In this document: piece after piece, positions 39,401-49,288 of the stretch
How the letters are laid out: every line of letters begins with the position of its first letter
Position numbering within the stretch: position 1 is the stretch's first letter
IMG/VR virus record: IMGVR_UViG_3300042197_001533
Direction: 5' to 3' (one strand)
Origin: an uncultured virus (IMG/VR IMGVR_UViG_3300042197_001533)
Taxonomy: Duplodnaviria > Heunggongvirae > Uroviricota > Caudoviricetes
Length of the DNA: 64,000 nt
Program-made: the position numbers and the translations under genes
Notes under the pieces: model-generated
What the model was told of the DNA's origin: nothing
Databases searched by the model: none
What the model saw: the letters and a program-made list of their open reading frames with translations, nothing else

Positions 39401-41042
39401 ACTCGCGGGCAATAGATAAATCGTCACTTGAGTAATACTTCGTGGGGATCGTTCTGTTTGACGGTTCGTTGATGCTTAGAGAAAAATTAGGAGTCCTCAA
39501 CTTCACAATCTTTTCCGAACTCTTAGCGGACCATGACAACAGCTCGAATGTAGGTATTATGGATATGTTCGATAGAGAAGTTTTGTCTCCGACAGAGAAC
39601 CTCCCCAATAGAGGGTCTTTCAGCTTCACCCATACCTCTGAGTCATTTTCGATTTTAGTGGAGATTATTGGAAACAGATCGCCGTTTCCGAAATTAAGAG
39701 CCGTTTTTAGCGGAGACTTGAATTTTACCTTATATCCATACTCTACATTTGATATAGATGTGTGGACCAACTTTAACATTATGCTGGTCAAGTAAACAAT
39801 CGCCGACTTAAACTCCGCCTTCTTGGATTTTGTTTCAAAAATATTTGGGTTATAGAACTTTAGTCGAGATTCGCACACAGAAGAAACTATGGCATTTGCA
39901 TAATTTCTAAGAGATTTGAAGTCTCCAACGAACTCGAAATTGAACTTGAAATGATTCTCAAGAAATTCTCTGATGCCTACGAGTTTTATGTTCCTTCCGG
40001 TAGTGGAATCCTCTACTCGAACGCCGTTATATATCGAGGATATTAAATTCAACACTTCGCTGTCATTTGAAAACGCCAATAGATTCCTAAGACTCGTTAT
40101 TTCATTTGAAAACGATTGTTTTGTAGAATCGTATAACTCCGTAAGATTCGCAGAGCTTAACTCGTAAACCATCTCGTCGAAAATCTCTCTGTGAATAAAC
40201 CTATCATCCGGAAGGGAAGAAAATTCAGTGTTAAGTTTAAAATCCAACGGAGCCACCGACTCTGATAGATTTATGGAAGTATTATTCGTGGATATATCCG
40301 TGTGATAAACAAACAACGACTTAGGAAACTCCTCTGTCGCGTCAATCATTATCTCGCCCGACGATGGCCGATAAACTATATTTTTTGAATACTCCGAAGA
40401 ACCGTTTCGAGTTCCACCACGAACTTTGCTGAAGCGTATTTTTCTTACATCCGTTCCAACCACCTTGATAGTGTGGACTGTCCCCGATTTGAACTTCGGT
40501 GTAACGGTCCCATCTATAGTTAGAACGTTCTTTGTAATTTCCAAAGTATGTTCCGTGATGACCTTCTCCGATTTAAAAGACTTTATCAGTTTAATCTCTT
40601 TACGAGAATTACTTATCTCCTTTATTATCAATGGGCTATCGGTGGAGAATAGGGAGTATACAGGATTTACCGATAGATAAAAATTGTTGGACGTTATGGA
40701 ACCTGTGCTGATGACGTCCGCTATCGACAATAGTATGTTTTTTTCCGGGTCTTGAACCGAAGTGTTCTTAGTTGGGAAGTAATAATCCTCAAACGAATTT
40801 CCATCCACATCGGAGTATTGATAGATCGTCTTTTTATCGGAATTTGAACCGGTTATTTGAAAATATGAACCGAGTTCCTTTTGTAGATTGTAAACTCCGA
40901 CCTCAATGGTGTCTTTTGGGGAGTTTCCGAACGAATACTCTCGGCTCGATGATACGAAAAAGAGATTATACTCCTTATTTCCCAAATACCCAACGGTATT
41001 TAAAGAATTTTTTGATTCTCCAATGAGGTTCAGCGATGACAT
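36465..41042 (-). CDS. Large baseplate wedge protein (P2 gpI / T4 gp7-like motif)
   Basis: MIGHHFD, WKRMLINLP.VYKSKGT..CIRQIFSIYG, LPAR..VYSGILVE. Confidence 0.7.
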   Translation of the reverse strand: MSSLNLIGESKNSLNTVGYLGNKEYNLFFVSSSREYSFGNSPKDTIEVGVYNLQKELGSYFQITGSNSDKKTIYQYSDVDGNSFEDYYFPTKNTSVQDPEKNILLSIADVISTGSITSNNFYLSVNPVYSLFSTDSPLIIKEISNSRKEIKLIKSFKSEKVITEHTLEITKNVLTIDGTVTPKFKSGTVHTIKVVGTDVRKIRFSKVRGGTRNGSSEYSKNIVYRPSSGEIMIDATEEFPKSLFVYHTDISTNNTSINLSESVAPLDFKLNTEFSSLPDDRFIHREIFDEMVYELSSANLTELYDSTKQSFSNEITSLRNLLAFSNDSEVLNLISSIYNGVRVEDSTTGRNIKLVGIREFLENHFKFNFEFVGDFKSLRNYANAIVSSVCESRLKFYNPNIFETKSKKAEFKSAIVYLTSIMLKLVHTSISNVEYGYKVKFKSPLKTALNFGNGDLFPIISTKIENDSEVWVKLKDPLLGRFSVGDKTSLSNISIIPTFELLSWSAKSSEKIVKLRTPNFSLSINEPSNRTIPTKYYSSDDLSIARESENKILVNKKLIDLNIDYSDFANFVVFSSANLRLKIFKNKVVQITTLAEEIATLEAIDSGSTEISDILSVYTDLTNKRDEVDSIIGGFDGYEAYLYKSGDFIYDTTDEIFVETSGSTDASTTVAELLSDSEVYDKNNRDSLLNNSPEFVYADEDNDEYLKFLSMIGHHFDNLYLHISNIGIYKRVGHDLDDGITGKLISYILNSFGFKLPPGLSGLIESSDTVENYLSSADQSDLVNSISVDEKTKTIWKRMLINLPAVYKSKGTEECIRQIFSIYGVPNNLITLKEFGGGYSDHEISSSYFSEEKEYLLEYQGEADEYVEISGSWPTTVKSVDFKLYIDPTHYSSSRLIVPLHEKFGDAASATNQVYSLGFVKTGKSLGRFYFTISNDDSAFTTLTDPVYLFSDEPMSVMLRRNYIDNRFDVAQSSSFVPVKYDIKVYRSSTGGKSVDLQTSFYLSGSLNESFEHPGFFTFGNSGANEIEIVSEILEILETEPSDSDFITEDSTALATDNLPNYSAAKFRGCMDRFVIQSTPLSDKDFEIRGKNIQSYYQGEPSSSYEDLLFRFGLGIPVDFSSASLTDQGYTVNNLNSGYSASFAYLYNFSGSNVTSSLTTGSCLTQSYSYFPHQTKEFIVINELPTEHIGPSRLENKKVNYTVVDSIDSRLSHEKSTTYKSPTNKYEDSRKLGIFVSPIHERNKDILNFFGDHDIISSVAEPTDRYGRRYLKLDEFRRNFYRKNLVSKILFNELFSIYRIFIDKSIFETLKAVLPARNKVYSGILVEATLLERSRVEQKPATISEITTYTSVIPLNDLVGLASISIPTTSSADVSYISHNNVSTVENSFAGFGSVEDRISEYDTNIFLGENGYVYYDGSVYKAYQKKYTRRKSFSEDRTIRRTMCSVDLIPSGSAMEIPSSHTELSNVERFRPINRKYLPFRNYVGKSRQTENTTINQEGIEDRSPIIRISVGPNIKNTNSGLKV

Positions 41043-41068
41043 ACTACAATAATTATGCCCAATGGGGG

Positions 41069-41548
41069 TTATTTATTAGAAATTGTAGCATCTTTTTTAA
41101 GATAAAACGGAAATTCCTCGGAGAAATCCTCATCAACCGAGCCTTCGCCCGCCGCTATCCTAAGTTCTACGATTATATCTCTACTAGCCTTCAATTCAGA
41201 TTGGAGTTTGTATACCGCTTCATCTGACGGTGCGGCTGTGCTGGAAGATATTTGTGATTTCAGAGAACTTACTTGGGCTTTGTAATCTTCTGTTGTGGGT
41301 GATGACGAATCTACATTAGATGTCGATTCTTGTGGAGAAAACTCCTCAAATGAGAGGTTGTAAAACTTAACAAATTTACTATAATCATATTCCGCGTTCC
41401 TGACTACCACCTTTAGAAATGCTTCGTTAATATCAGCCGGTTCTTCTTTGAAAAAGAGGTTTCCAGCCGAGTTGAAGTTATACTCGTATTCCAAGTTTCC
41501 GAGACGAAACGCGGTAATCTCGTCTCCAAATTTGTTTAAATCTGCCAT
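41069..41548 (-). CDS. Hypothetical baseplate-region protein
   Basis: ORF in the operon with a C-terminal coiled coil. Confidence 0.7.
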   Translation of the reverse strand: MADLNKFGDEITAFRLGNLEYEYNFNSAGNLFFKEEPADINEAFLKVVVRNAEYDYSKFVKFYNLSFEEFSPQESTSNVDSSSPTTEDYKAQVSSLKSQISSSTAAPSDEAVYKLQSELKASRDIIVELRIAAGEGSVDEDFSEEFPFYLKKDATISNK

Positions 41549-41549
41549 A

Positions 41550-42794
41550 TCAACGGGTCACCTTGAAAGTGTGTTTATCGTCAAATATTTGTATCGACCC
41601 ATCAGAGAACTCCGACTTTATCAAAATTCTATAGTATCTCTCCTGAGCCAATCCGGTTGTATCCAAGTAGAAGAAGTTTCCATATTCATCACAACTTAAT
41701 CGTGTGTAATCATCAAAACCGATGACAGTCTCTTCGCTTTCATTATCTTTTATCGAATAGAAACTGCTCGACGGGAGGAATTTTGGTGTCAGATAGTTGG
41801 TCTGGGCTGACACGAACCGTTTCAGAGGATTCTGTTCACGGGAAAAGACGGTGAACTTTACCTTATTTCCACTCTTGTATTCGGAACGTATTCCCTTGAT
41901 GCTCACAGATACACCGAGACTTGCTGTAACGGGTGCAAGGCTCGAAGTATTGATAGCCGCATCCGCCCACTTCACGTCTATGAAAGGCGAGTATATCGTA
42001 TTAGTCTCCCTTCCAAAGAATTTTAAATTCATCGAAGCAGACGTGTTAAGTTCTTCGGAAGTGAGTAAAATTAGTCCCTCGTTCGGAATACAACCACAGA
42101 TCCACGCTCTGCAAATCGGAGTTATGTCCATAGAAATATCCGATGTCGCGTAACTAAAGGATTGAGAACAAATATAACTTGACGCTGAGACAGTTGAACA
42201 GAAACTTAGACTGAGATTGTTTGAACAACTAGGAGGAGCGGAATAATACCAAGTTCCTCCGGCACGTTGGAAAGATGCAGTCGAGGAGTTATCGAGATAA
42301 TTCGAGTTCGTTATATTGAGGTCAGCGTCTTGGTTTGGATACCACTTACTAGATGTATTCTGTGAATTCTTATACAACCAACTTACTCCATCTGTTGACC
42401 CGCCTGCAGCATATATTCCGGTTCCCATTGCCCAACTCTGACTAATTGGAAACGCATAAATAGTGTAATCTATAGGAAGTTCTTTTGACTCAATCACTCT
42501 CATTGTTAGAGTGAACTTTGGATTGGTTATATCTCCGGAAGAGATTGACCGACTTACCTCGGTCATGTCAAACTTCACCAAAGACCGCTTTATGTAATTT
42601 TTGTATTCATTTACGAACCGATTTACAGAAACATAATATGACCCCGAGATATAACCGGAAAGAACGCCCGTGAAACTGGTCAAACTTCCGGTGTATCCAC
42701 ACGCTGATCCGCTGAAACCGCCGTGCATCGTTCCTGACACACAGCTGCTACCGGTTATCCCCGTGAAGTTGTCAACTGTAAATGATAATGCCAT
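41550..42794 (-). CDS. Baseplate-region protein, C-terminal half of a DNRLRE-like fold plus a further domain
   Basis: RSLVKFD, YAFPISQSW.MG.G, GGTWY, NEGLIL, KFFGRETNTIYSP; own late-type motif at 42800-42806. Confidence 0.7.
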   Translation of the reverse strand: MALSFTVDNFTGITGSSCVSGTMHGGFSGSACGYTGSLTSFTGVLSGYISGSYYVSVNRFVNEYKNYIKRSLVKFDMTEVSRSISSGDITNPKFTLTMRVIESKELPIDYTIYAFPISQSWAMGTGIYAAGGSTDGVSWLYKNSQNTSSKWYPNQDADLNITNSNYLDNSSTASFQRAGGTWYYSAPPSCSNNLSLSFCSTVSASSYICSQSFSYATSDISMDITPICRAWICGCIPNEGLILLTSEELNTSASMNLKFFGRETNTIYSPFIDVKWADAAINTSSLAPVTASLGVSVSIKGIRSEYKSGNKVKFTVFSREQNPLKRFVSAQTNYLTPKFLPSSSFYSIKDNESEETVIGFDDYTRLSCDEYGNFFYLDTTGLAQERYYRILIKSEFSDGSIQIFDDKHTFKVTR

Positions 42795-42822
42795 ATCGTA
42801 TAAGTATTGTTCTTTCCATCAT

Positions 42823-43209
42823 TTATGGGAAAACAAAGAAATCTTCGTCTACAGATACATATAGAACATCTCCATCATCTTCCGTTATAATATTTCCAAA
42901 CTCGTCCACTATTCCGAGCGGCCCACATATGCCTCCCGGAGAAGCCGCAGCGTCACAGTTTACAGACCCACTCACGCTTCCGGTTGCACAGTAAATGCTT
43001 CCGGTGAACTGACCATTAAAATTCTGAACATATCTGTTTATCAACTCGCTGGACAATGTTGTGCTGGCCAACGATGCGGTTCTAAACGTTCTCGAAAGTT
43101 TGTTTATACAGCCGACTTCTACATACGGAGTAAGACCAAAGTTCTTCCGTCTCGCAGTCTCTTCGCTGTAAATGAAAGTGTCTTTTTGACAAAAAATGAA
43201 ATGGTGCAT
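42823..43209 (-). CDS. N-terminal-half module B of the baseplate-region protein
   Basis: MHHFIFCQKDTFI....NFG....VEV followed by an FTGS/SGS-rich stretch. Confidence 0.7.
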   Translation of the reverse strand: MHHFIFCQKDTFIYSEETARRKNFGLTPYVEVGCINKLSRTFRTASLASTTLSSELINRYVQNFNGQFTGSIYCATGSVSGSVNCDAAASPGGICGPLGIVDEFGNIITEDDGDVLYVSVDEDFFVFP

Positions 43210-43211
43210 AA

Positions 43212-43499
43212 TTAACAGTCATCACTTTCTGGCAAAACGAGTCCACAGCCTATTATACTTCCGGAGACATTCGATGCCGAACCTGTAATAGACCCTGTTA
43301 TGTTTCCCGTAAATCGGAGTAAATTGAGCCCAACGAAATCAGTGACCGCTTGTTGGATAGAGGAGGTTATTATGTAAGTTTTTACGGTGTAAGTTATGGA
43401 TGAAATTTCTAGTATTTCATCACGACCGAAGTTGTCCTCCCTGTAATCGGGGTGGCTATCCAGAAACGTATCTGATGTAGGGAATACGAACTTGTGCAT
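43212..43499 (-). CDS. N-terminal-half module A of the baseplate-region protein
   Basis: MHKFVFPTSDTFL....NFGRDEILEI followed by an FTG/TGS/SGS-rich stretch. Confidence 0.7.
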   Translation of the reverse strand: MHKFVFPTSDTFLDSHPDYREDNFGRDEILEISSITYTVKTYIITSSIQQAVTDFVGLNLLRFTGNITGSITGSASNVSGSIIGCGLVLPESDDC

Positions 43500-43502
43500 A
43501 AT

Positions 43503-45467
43503 TTACAGGCATTTTCCACGGATGTCCACGTCTGGATATTTTACCTCGAAAACCGCTGGGTCGATTGGTGGATATACAATTTTATGTTTTGTCGCAGCAT
43601 CCAAATCGTATTCACATAGAGAATAATTCCCTCCCACAAGGTTTGTGAATTCCAGATTCGATACGGCTTGAACACCCTCCACCTTAGCGATTTCAAGCTC
43701 CAATTGTCCTATGTTAATCGGTTGGGAGAACTGCCAAAGTTCTATGTCGAAAAACTTCTTAACTGCGGAAATACAGTTAGCTAAGACTTCCTTCTTGTTG
43801 TAAGTGGAGTAGGTTAAAACGGTAAAGTCCACACCGATGTTTACTATGAAACCGTCTATTATGTTAACCCTATCCGAGATCATTCGATATTTTGCTATGT
43901 ATTTCTTTAAGTTGTAAACCAGTGCTTCATTTACAGTGGTCAGGTTTTTGTCGTCGTTGTAAGTCAAGACGTATAAGTTTATTCCGAACGGATTGACTCC
44001 ATCAAGGTTCGCTTTTCTTAGGCCCGCTTGAGTAGAATCCAAGATTAAGTTGTGATTTTCATCCAACAAACCATTCACCGATTGTATGTTGTTAGACGTC
44101 AAATCGGATTCGGATGAAACGTATGCCTTAGAAACCCTACCGTATTCAGCGGGCATACTAAGAATCCTCGCTACATAATCTTCCTTAGTCACCATTCTGT
44201 CCTGAGACGCGAAATTAGCCATTGCGTTCTGTTTCATTTCCAATACAGACTCGGAAGAGGCTCCTCCGGTGGCCGGAGTTGGGTTAGATACCCTAAGACT
44301 GCTTTTTACGGTATTGACTAAATTGCTCTCAGCGGGCAAATATTCCACCGCGTCGTCAAATTCTATCTTACTCACCGTGGTTATGTCACCAACGTTCGCA
44401 TTTGATTCGATGCCGCCGCCTATGATGTATTTTACAGATAGTGTTGTGTTGAAGGGGGATGACCCGTAAGAATTCGATTTAACGAAGCTGGTAGGGTCAA
44501 GGGTGAGATTATATCTGGACACGTTTGAGAAACCAACGCCCAACAGCTCAGAATTCGGAACCAAAATTTCCTCTTCAAGACTATCCGTGGATGAACCGAA
44601 CTGTAAGAACGTCTTATTGTTTTCATCGACTTCGATGATATATCTCCGATTTGTCCTGAGGAATCTTATTATATTTGGAACCGTGGAACTGTAATTTGAA
44701 TATGTCTCGAAATTAAAACGATTGTTCTCCACCGGCAAATGTATGAGGTCTTGGGCCAAGAAATCCACCTGATACCAATCGTTGTTATCAACGTCTTTTA
44801 CAGACACAATTTTAATAACGTTGTCCTCAGCTAGTTCCACTCTAAGATTAGGTGTCTGTCCCGAAACAACAAATTCCCTAGAAACGGTCTTTCCAGAGTA
44901 AGCCTTCACCGATTTCTTTATAAGATAGAACTCGGGTTCCCCAGCACTGTTTCTCGAAAAAACCTCGTCAACTCTAGGATAGAGTTCGCTTTTTATAGAG
45001 AAATTAACCGTATCTGAGGTTATGAAGGATGTCCGATTAGAAGACATAGCTTCCATTCCCTCCTTAACTATCAAAGCATAGCGTGTATCTGGTTCAAATG
45101 TTCCGTCGTCGTTACGTTTGGATGGGATTATTTGATATAAATCCAAAGTTGTTGTCGAGGGCTTGCTCGGCCGTGGGGTATATCCCAAAAACTTCACAAG
45201 ATTTATGACGTTCTTCCGTTCTTCCGCAAAATTTATCAACCCTTCTTTAAATTGATAATCAATGTAAAAAGACAATACATCGCCCACATAGGCGGCCATG
45301 TCAATGAACATCATTCCGGGAGACGCATTATTGAAATCCTTATATGTCCGTGGGTAGTAATGCTTCGCAAAGTCGATAAGATTCTCCTTTAACGCATCAA
45401 AATCTTTGCCGAGGTATCGCACTTCTCTCGACAGTGGTTTGAAGTTCTTATCTAATGTTGTGCCCAT
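43503..45467 (-). CDS. gp6: Baseplate wedge subunit (T4 gp6-like)
   Basis: YL.KDF..LK..L, DFN.ASPG, AYVGDVLSFY.D, ATGG...ES, Q.RMVT.EDY. Confidence 0.85.
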   Translation of the reverse strand: MGTTLDKNFKPLSREVRYLGKDFDALKENLIDFAKHYYPRTYKDFNNASPGMMFIDMAAYVGDVLSFYIDYQFKEGLINFAEERKNVINLVKFLGYTPRPSKPSTTTLDLYQIIPSKRNDDGTFEPDTRYALIVKEGMEAMSSNRTSFITSDTVNFSIKSELYPRVDEVFSRNSAGEPEFYLIKKSVKAYSGKTVSREFVVSGQTPNLRVELAEDNVIKIVSVKDVDNNDWYQVDFLAQDLIHLPVENNRFNFETYSNYSSTVPNIIRFLRTNRRYIIEVDENNKTFLQFGSSTDSLEEEILVPNSELLGVGFSNVSRYNLTLDPTSFVKSNSYGSSPFNTTLSVKYIIGGGIESNANVGDITTVSKIEFDDAVEYLPAESNLVNTVKSSLRVSNPTPATGGASSESVLEMKQNAMANFASQDRMVTKEDYVARILSMPAEYGRVSKAYVSSESDLTSNNIQSVNGLLDENHNLILDSTQAGLRKANLDGVNPFGINLYVLTYNDDKNLTTVNEALVYNLKKYIAKYRMISDRVNIIDGFIVNIGVDFTVLTYSTYNKKEVLANCISAVKKFFDIELWQFSQPINIGQLELEIAKVEGVQAVSNLEFTNLVGGNYSLCEYDLDAATKHKIVYPPIDPAVFEVKYPDVDIRGKCL

Positions 45468-45470
45468 AAT

Positions 45471-45890
45471 TTAAATCTTTATGTTCTCTAACTCGAAATC
45501 GAGAGTGTCTTCCTGACCGGTCTGAATAACCGTGAACTCCAACGATATTCTCAACTTATAATTATCATCGTTGGAAGAGTTTTCGGTGTTAATAATTGAT
45601 ATTTTATCGACTCTGACTTCTGGTATCCAAAAGGAAATCTCTTCTCTTAGGAGGTTTTTTACTATTTCATTTATGTTCTCGTCCTGTTGTTCAAATAGAA
45701 CGGTATACAACCTCGTTCCGAACTCAGGCATCATTCTCCTTTCCCCTCTCCTTGTTTTTAGGAAGTTTGAGAGGTTTGATTTTACCTGAGTGTTGGTGTC
45801 AAAAGATTGTTGAAAATACCCTCCAGACCCGTTTACAATTGGCAAGGTTATGCCTATCGGGTATTTCGACGATGTTATGTTCGATGGCAT
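45471..45890 (-). CDS. gp25: Baseplate gp25-like protein (sheath initiator)
   Basis: NFLKTRRGERRMMPEFGT.L...LFE. Confidence 0.9.
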   Translation of the reverse strand: MPSNITSSKYPIGITLPIVNGSGGYFQQSFDTNTQVKSNLSNFLKTRRGERRMMPEFGTRLYTVLFEQQDENINEIVKNLLREEISFWIPEVRVDKISIINTENSSNDDNYKLRISLEFTVIQTGQEDTLDFELENIKI

Positions 45891-46321
45891 TATCTGTTAG
45901 ACGACTTGGTTTTTGACAATTTTAACAGTTGAGAATAGTCTCGTGTAAGAGCTGAAGCCACGGCTGGTGGAACGTTTTCTACATTATCCAGAACCGAAGG
46001 TGCCTCAGTTGTCATGGTGGACGGTGCGCCGCTTACCATCTGACCCTCCTGTTTTATTCTGACCGTGGTTTCGTTAAGAATATCATTCAAGACCGCGTTT
46101 TTTACATATTGCCGCTTCGGTCCAGCGGATTGAGCAGCAGGAGGCGCAGGTCGTGGTTGTTTAGGAGCGTCATTCACTTGCTTCCGAACGTTCCCCTCTT
46201 GAATACCTTTAGACTGTGGTTTCATGCCGGAAAAATATTCATCCAGAACCGATGGTAATATCTCTCTTAATTTGCGTTCTATAGATTCTCCTATAATTTT
46301 CTTGAATTCGTCCGTGTTCAT
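45890..46321 (-). CDS. Hypothetical protein with MNTDEFKKIIGE leader
   Basis: Late-type motif at 46328-46334; N.VLNDILNET and ALTRDYS.L motifs. Confidence 0.7.
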   Translation of the reverse strand: MNTDEFKKIIGESIERKLREILPSVLDEYFSGMKPQSKGIQEGNVRKQVNDAPKQPRPAPPAAQSAGPKRQYVKNAVLNDILNETTVRIKQEGQMVSGAPSTMTTEAPSVLDNVENVPPAVASALTRDYSQLLKLSKTKSSNR

Positions 46322-46347
46322 AATGTTATAAATATCTAAATTTGGTG

Positions 46348-47952
46348 TTATCTTCTATTTTTTCCCACCCATCCACCGGGGACACCATCTCCGGATGAAA
46401 CATCTATGGTTACGGGATTAACGCCGTCTGTTATTCTCCCACCGTTTGCTCCGGGAGAATATCCTCCGCCAGTAAGAAATACGCGGCGACTCATAAGAGT
46501 ATGCAACTTGTCTTTAAGCGCATATAATCTCTTTAGTTGGACGGGAAATTGCGTTTGGTCTGGATTTGCTCCTCCAGCGTTCGGATGTGAGTGTTGATAA
46601 CGGTGTGTATGTTCTATAAGCCAGTTACACAAATCATACAACCAATCCACAGTTGTCTGTCCGAGTAGAGCGGGTTCTCCGGTTGCATCGTATTCACCCA
46701 AATATATCGCGGGGGCGTTGAAAACGACTTTTGAATTCGTGGACATCACTATCTGGTCGTGAGCATCTACAACGTATTCACTATCGGTAACGACCATGTA
46801 TCGTTTTTTTGAAAAGTGTATTGATTCACCGAACCTAGATGAAAATATCAGTCGGTCACTGTTGATAACTATTTGGTCACGGTTTAATGTAGGAAACTCA
46901 AACCTAGTGCTTCCTTTTGGACTGAACTTCGGTTGTTCCTCCGAAGCGTTTTTGGAAAGCGATGTCTTATAACAGGTGGTCTTGAAACTTGACACGGTTT
47001 TTCCTGACGTGAGGTGGATTGAAGAACCGTCGTTGTTTACATCCTCAGAAAGATATCCAGTAAAACTCTTTTCACTTAAAGACTTTGATATTGGTTGAAT
47101 GACATTCAACTTTGGGTGTAGAGATTGTTCGGATAACTGCGCAATAGGTCGTTGCCTATTTCGTATGAGAACCATTGGGTTTCCGCCACCATAGTTTTCG
47201 TCTCCGCTCACATAATTGTCGTAATCACCGGAGTCGTTCTTTCTTTCCGTGTCATAAGCTCCCATTCGTATACTCTGTCCGAACCTTCCCTCAACTATAA
47301 CGTCTCCTTCAAATCTACGAAGATTCCTTATTTTGTTATTGAACCAGAAATAATTTCCCAAAATACCGTTGAAGCCGCCAACTGGACCATTAGGGAAACA
47401 ATCGAATCGGGATACAGGTCCACGTAACTTTACGGGACCATAGGAGGTATTTTTTTCCTTTTTTCCGTAAGTCATTTCATACCTAAAATCGGCGTTTGAA
47501 TTACAATTCCCCTTTGTATTCACTTTTGATGTGTAGTAAAACTTATCAAAAATCTTTACAACGTGAACAACTTCGTTAAGAAGAGGAACTGATAAAAGAG
47601 TAGAATCCAATGGGACTGCCCATACCAAAGACTCCTTCTCAAACTTTTCATGTGTATAGCACAGTCTGACAAGCGCTGTTCCTATGGAAAAGTAATCCCG
47701 GTCTTGTATAGAAAGGGGTTTTCCCTGAAAATCAGGTGGGTTTTCGAGAGGGGCACTTACATTCCCAAGCCCTACTGATCCTGTTGAAAACATAGGATGA
47801 GAATCGTCAAGGACGACATCTAAAACGATGGCTGGCTCGAACTGTATTATACTCTTTCCACTCTGAATTATCTTATTGTCTCTCTTTGTAGAAAGCAAAA
47901 CGACATCATCGGTGGATGTATCGAATATAGAATGGTCTATGGAATAACTCAT
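46348..47952 (-). CDS. Baseplate central spike / hub protein (gp5/gpV-like)
   Basis: PLLNEVV, GDVIVEGRFGQSIR, QIVINSDRLIF, EPALLG and a His-rich tip HTHRYQHSH. Confidence 0.65.
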   Translation of the reverse strand: MSYSIDHSIFDTSTDDVVLLSTKRDNKIIQSGKSIIQFEPAIVLDVVLDDSHPMFSTGSVGLGNVSAPLENPPDFQGKPLSIQDRDYFSIGTALVRLCYTHEKFEKESLVWAVPLDSTLLSVPLLNEVVHVVKIFDKFYYTSKVNTKGNCNSNADFRYEMTYGKKEKNTSYGPVKLRGPVSRFDCFPNGPVGGFNGILGNYFWFNNKIRNLRRFEGDVIVEGRFGQSIRMGAYDTERKNDSGDYDNYVSGDENYGGGNPMVLIRNRQRPIAQLSEQSLHPKLNVIQPISKSLSEKSFTGYLSEDVNNDGSSIHLTSGKTVSSFKTTCYKTSLSKNASEEQPKFSPKGSTRFEFPTLNRDQIVINSDRLIFSSRFGESIHFSKKRYMVVTDSEYVVDAHDQIVMSTNSKVVFNAPAIYLGEYDATGEPALLGQTTVDWLYDLCNWLIEHTHRYQHSHPNAGGANPDQTQFPVQLKRLYALKDKLHTLMSRRVFLTGGGYSPGANGGRITDGVNPVTIDVSSGDGVPGGWVGKNRR

Positions 47953-48335
47953 TTAATTTCCTTGACCTGAACTGATGTAGATTTTGAGTTGCTGGCCTGG
48001 AGTTTTTCAACTTCCTCCATAAGCTGTTTCCGTTCATCGTCGGTTATGGAGAATCCGTTTGCTCCAGCAGCAGATTCTTCGTTTTGTTTTGAGATGATTC
48101 TCTGAATTATGGCTGCAAGCTTTACGAGTTGGTCATCATTCTTGACCCCTACGTCCAGATAGTCCCGTATCAGTGGAACTATAACGATGGCATCGTTTAC
48201 ACCTTTTATAAGAGAGCGAAGTTCGCTTATCAAGACGTCTAATTGGTCTTTTTTCTCGTTTTGATTTACAACTATCTCCTTACACAAGGCAGCGAAGGAT
48301 TTCCCCTTATATATCTCAAATTCATTAAGTTCCAT
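47949..48335 (-). CDS. Helical hypothetical protein
   Basis: IVPLIRDYLDVGVKND.QLVKLA.IIQR; late-type motif at 48341-48347. Confidence 0.7.
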   Translation of the reverse strand: MELNEFEIYKGKSFAALCKEIVVNQNEKKDQLDVLISELRSLIKGVNDAIVIVPLIRDYLDVGVKNDDQLVKLAAIIQRIISKQNEESAAGANGFSITDDERKQLMEEVEKLQASNSKSTSVQVKEIK

Positions 48336-48400
48336 ATCCTATAAGTATCAATCTTTAGAGGACTTTTCTGGTTACATCGACAGAATCTCTCTAAGAGAGG

Positions 48401-49288
48401 TCAGATGACCCCTTCTTCGACATACTTCTTTGTGATTTTCTGTTGATATTCCTTCATCTTGTTGATGATTTTTGTGATGGCCTGAGTTTTACAAGATGAA
48501 ATTTCTCTTATGTAGAGGTATAACGCTTTCTTATTGAAGTAATCCAGCCTATCACTGTTACGGAACAACTCAACAACCGCCTCGGCTATTTTAAGATCTC
48601 GGTTCTTTGGGAAGATGGTTTTAATGTTCTTATCCCAATATTCGACCATCATTCGTATGAATTCTTCATTCTCTTTGTCTTTTTGATACGTATCTACGGT
48701 CTGGAGACGAACAGTGTTTTCGTCGTTTTCTTCACTTATGTCTACCTGTTGGTTATACCGCTTGTAGTTCGAGTTGTTATTGAATATCAAATAGTTTTTA
48801 GCGACTATGCTGAAGTAGGAGAATGCCTTCCCCTTTCCCTCTTCAAACTTGTGAATGTTTGCTACCAGGTGAGATAGCGTTTCTTTTTGAACTTCCAGTG
48901 GCCCCACGTCAAAGTAACTAAACTTGAATGTATTGAAGACATTCTCCACCAATTTTTCAAATGACCTTTGTATACAAGTTTCGTATATGTGATTCCTCTT
49001 ATCCTGGTCGACTTCTTTATTGAATCGGATAATAGCGTCCTCGGTATCCTTTGTGAAATACATCTTTTCGACGGATATTTTTTTAGGTTTGACCTCCGTA
49101 GGAGTTACGGGTTTAGTCGGAACGTTCTTTGCCGCAGGATTCACTGACGGTATAGACGTCATCTCTGTGGGTAATGCTGGTCGGGACTTCTTAGACTGGG
49201 AACCGGCCACTTGTCGTGAATTCTCTCTTTTTGAGGGATTCTTCACGAGCGTCTTGGTCTTTTTTGATTTCTTCTTGAGTTTCGGCAT
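48401..49288 (-). CDS. Sigma-factor-like protein (candidate late sigma, gp55-like region 2)
   Basis: YFT..TEDAI..FN and KF...KG.AFSYFS.VAKNYLI resemble sigma region 2; HTH-like C-terminus. Confidence 0.6.
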   Translation of the reverse strand: MPKLKKKSKKTKTLVKNPSKRENSRQVAGSQSKKSRPALPTEMTSIPSVNPAAKNVPTKPVTPTEVKPKKISVEKMYFTKDTEDAIIRFNKEVDQDKRNHIYETCIQRSFEKLVENVFNTFKFSYFDVGPLEVQKETLSHLVANIHKFEEGKGKAFSYFSIVAKNYLIFNNNSNYKRYNQQVDISEENDENTVRLQTVDTYQKDKENEEFIRMMVEYWDKNIKTIFPKNRDLKIAEAVVELFRNSDRLDYFNKKALYLYIREISSCKTQAITKIINKMKEYQQKITKKYVEEGVI

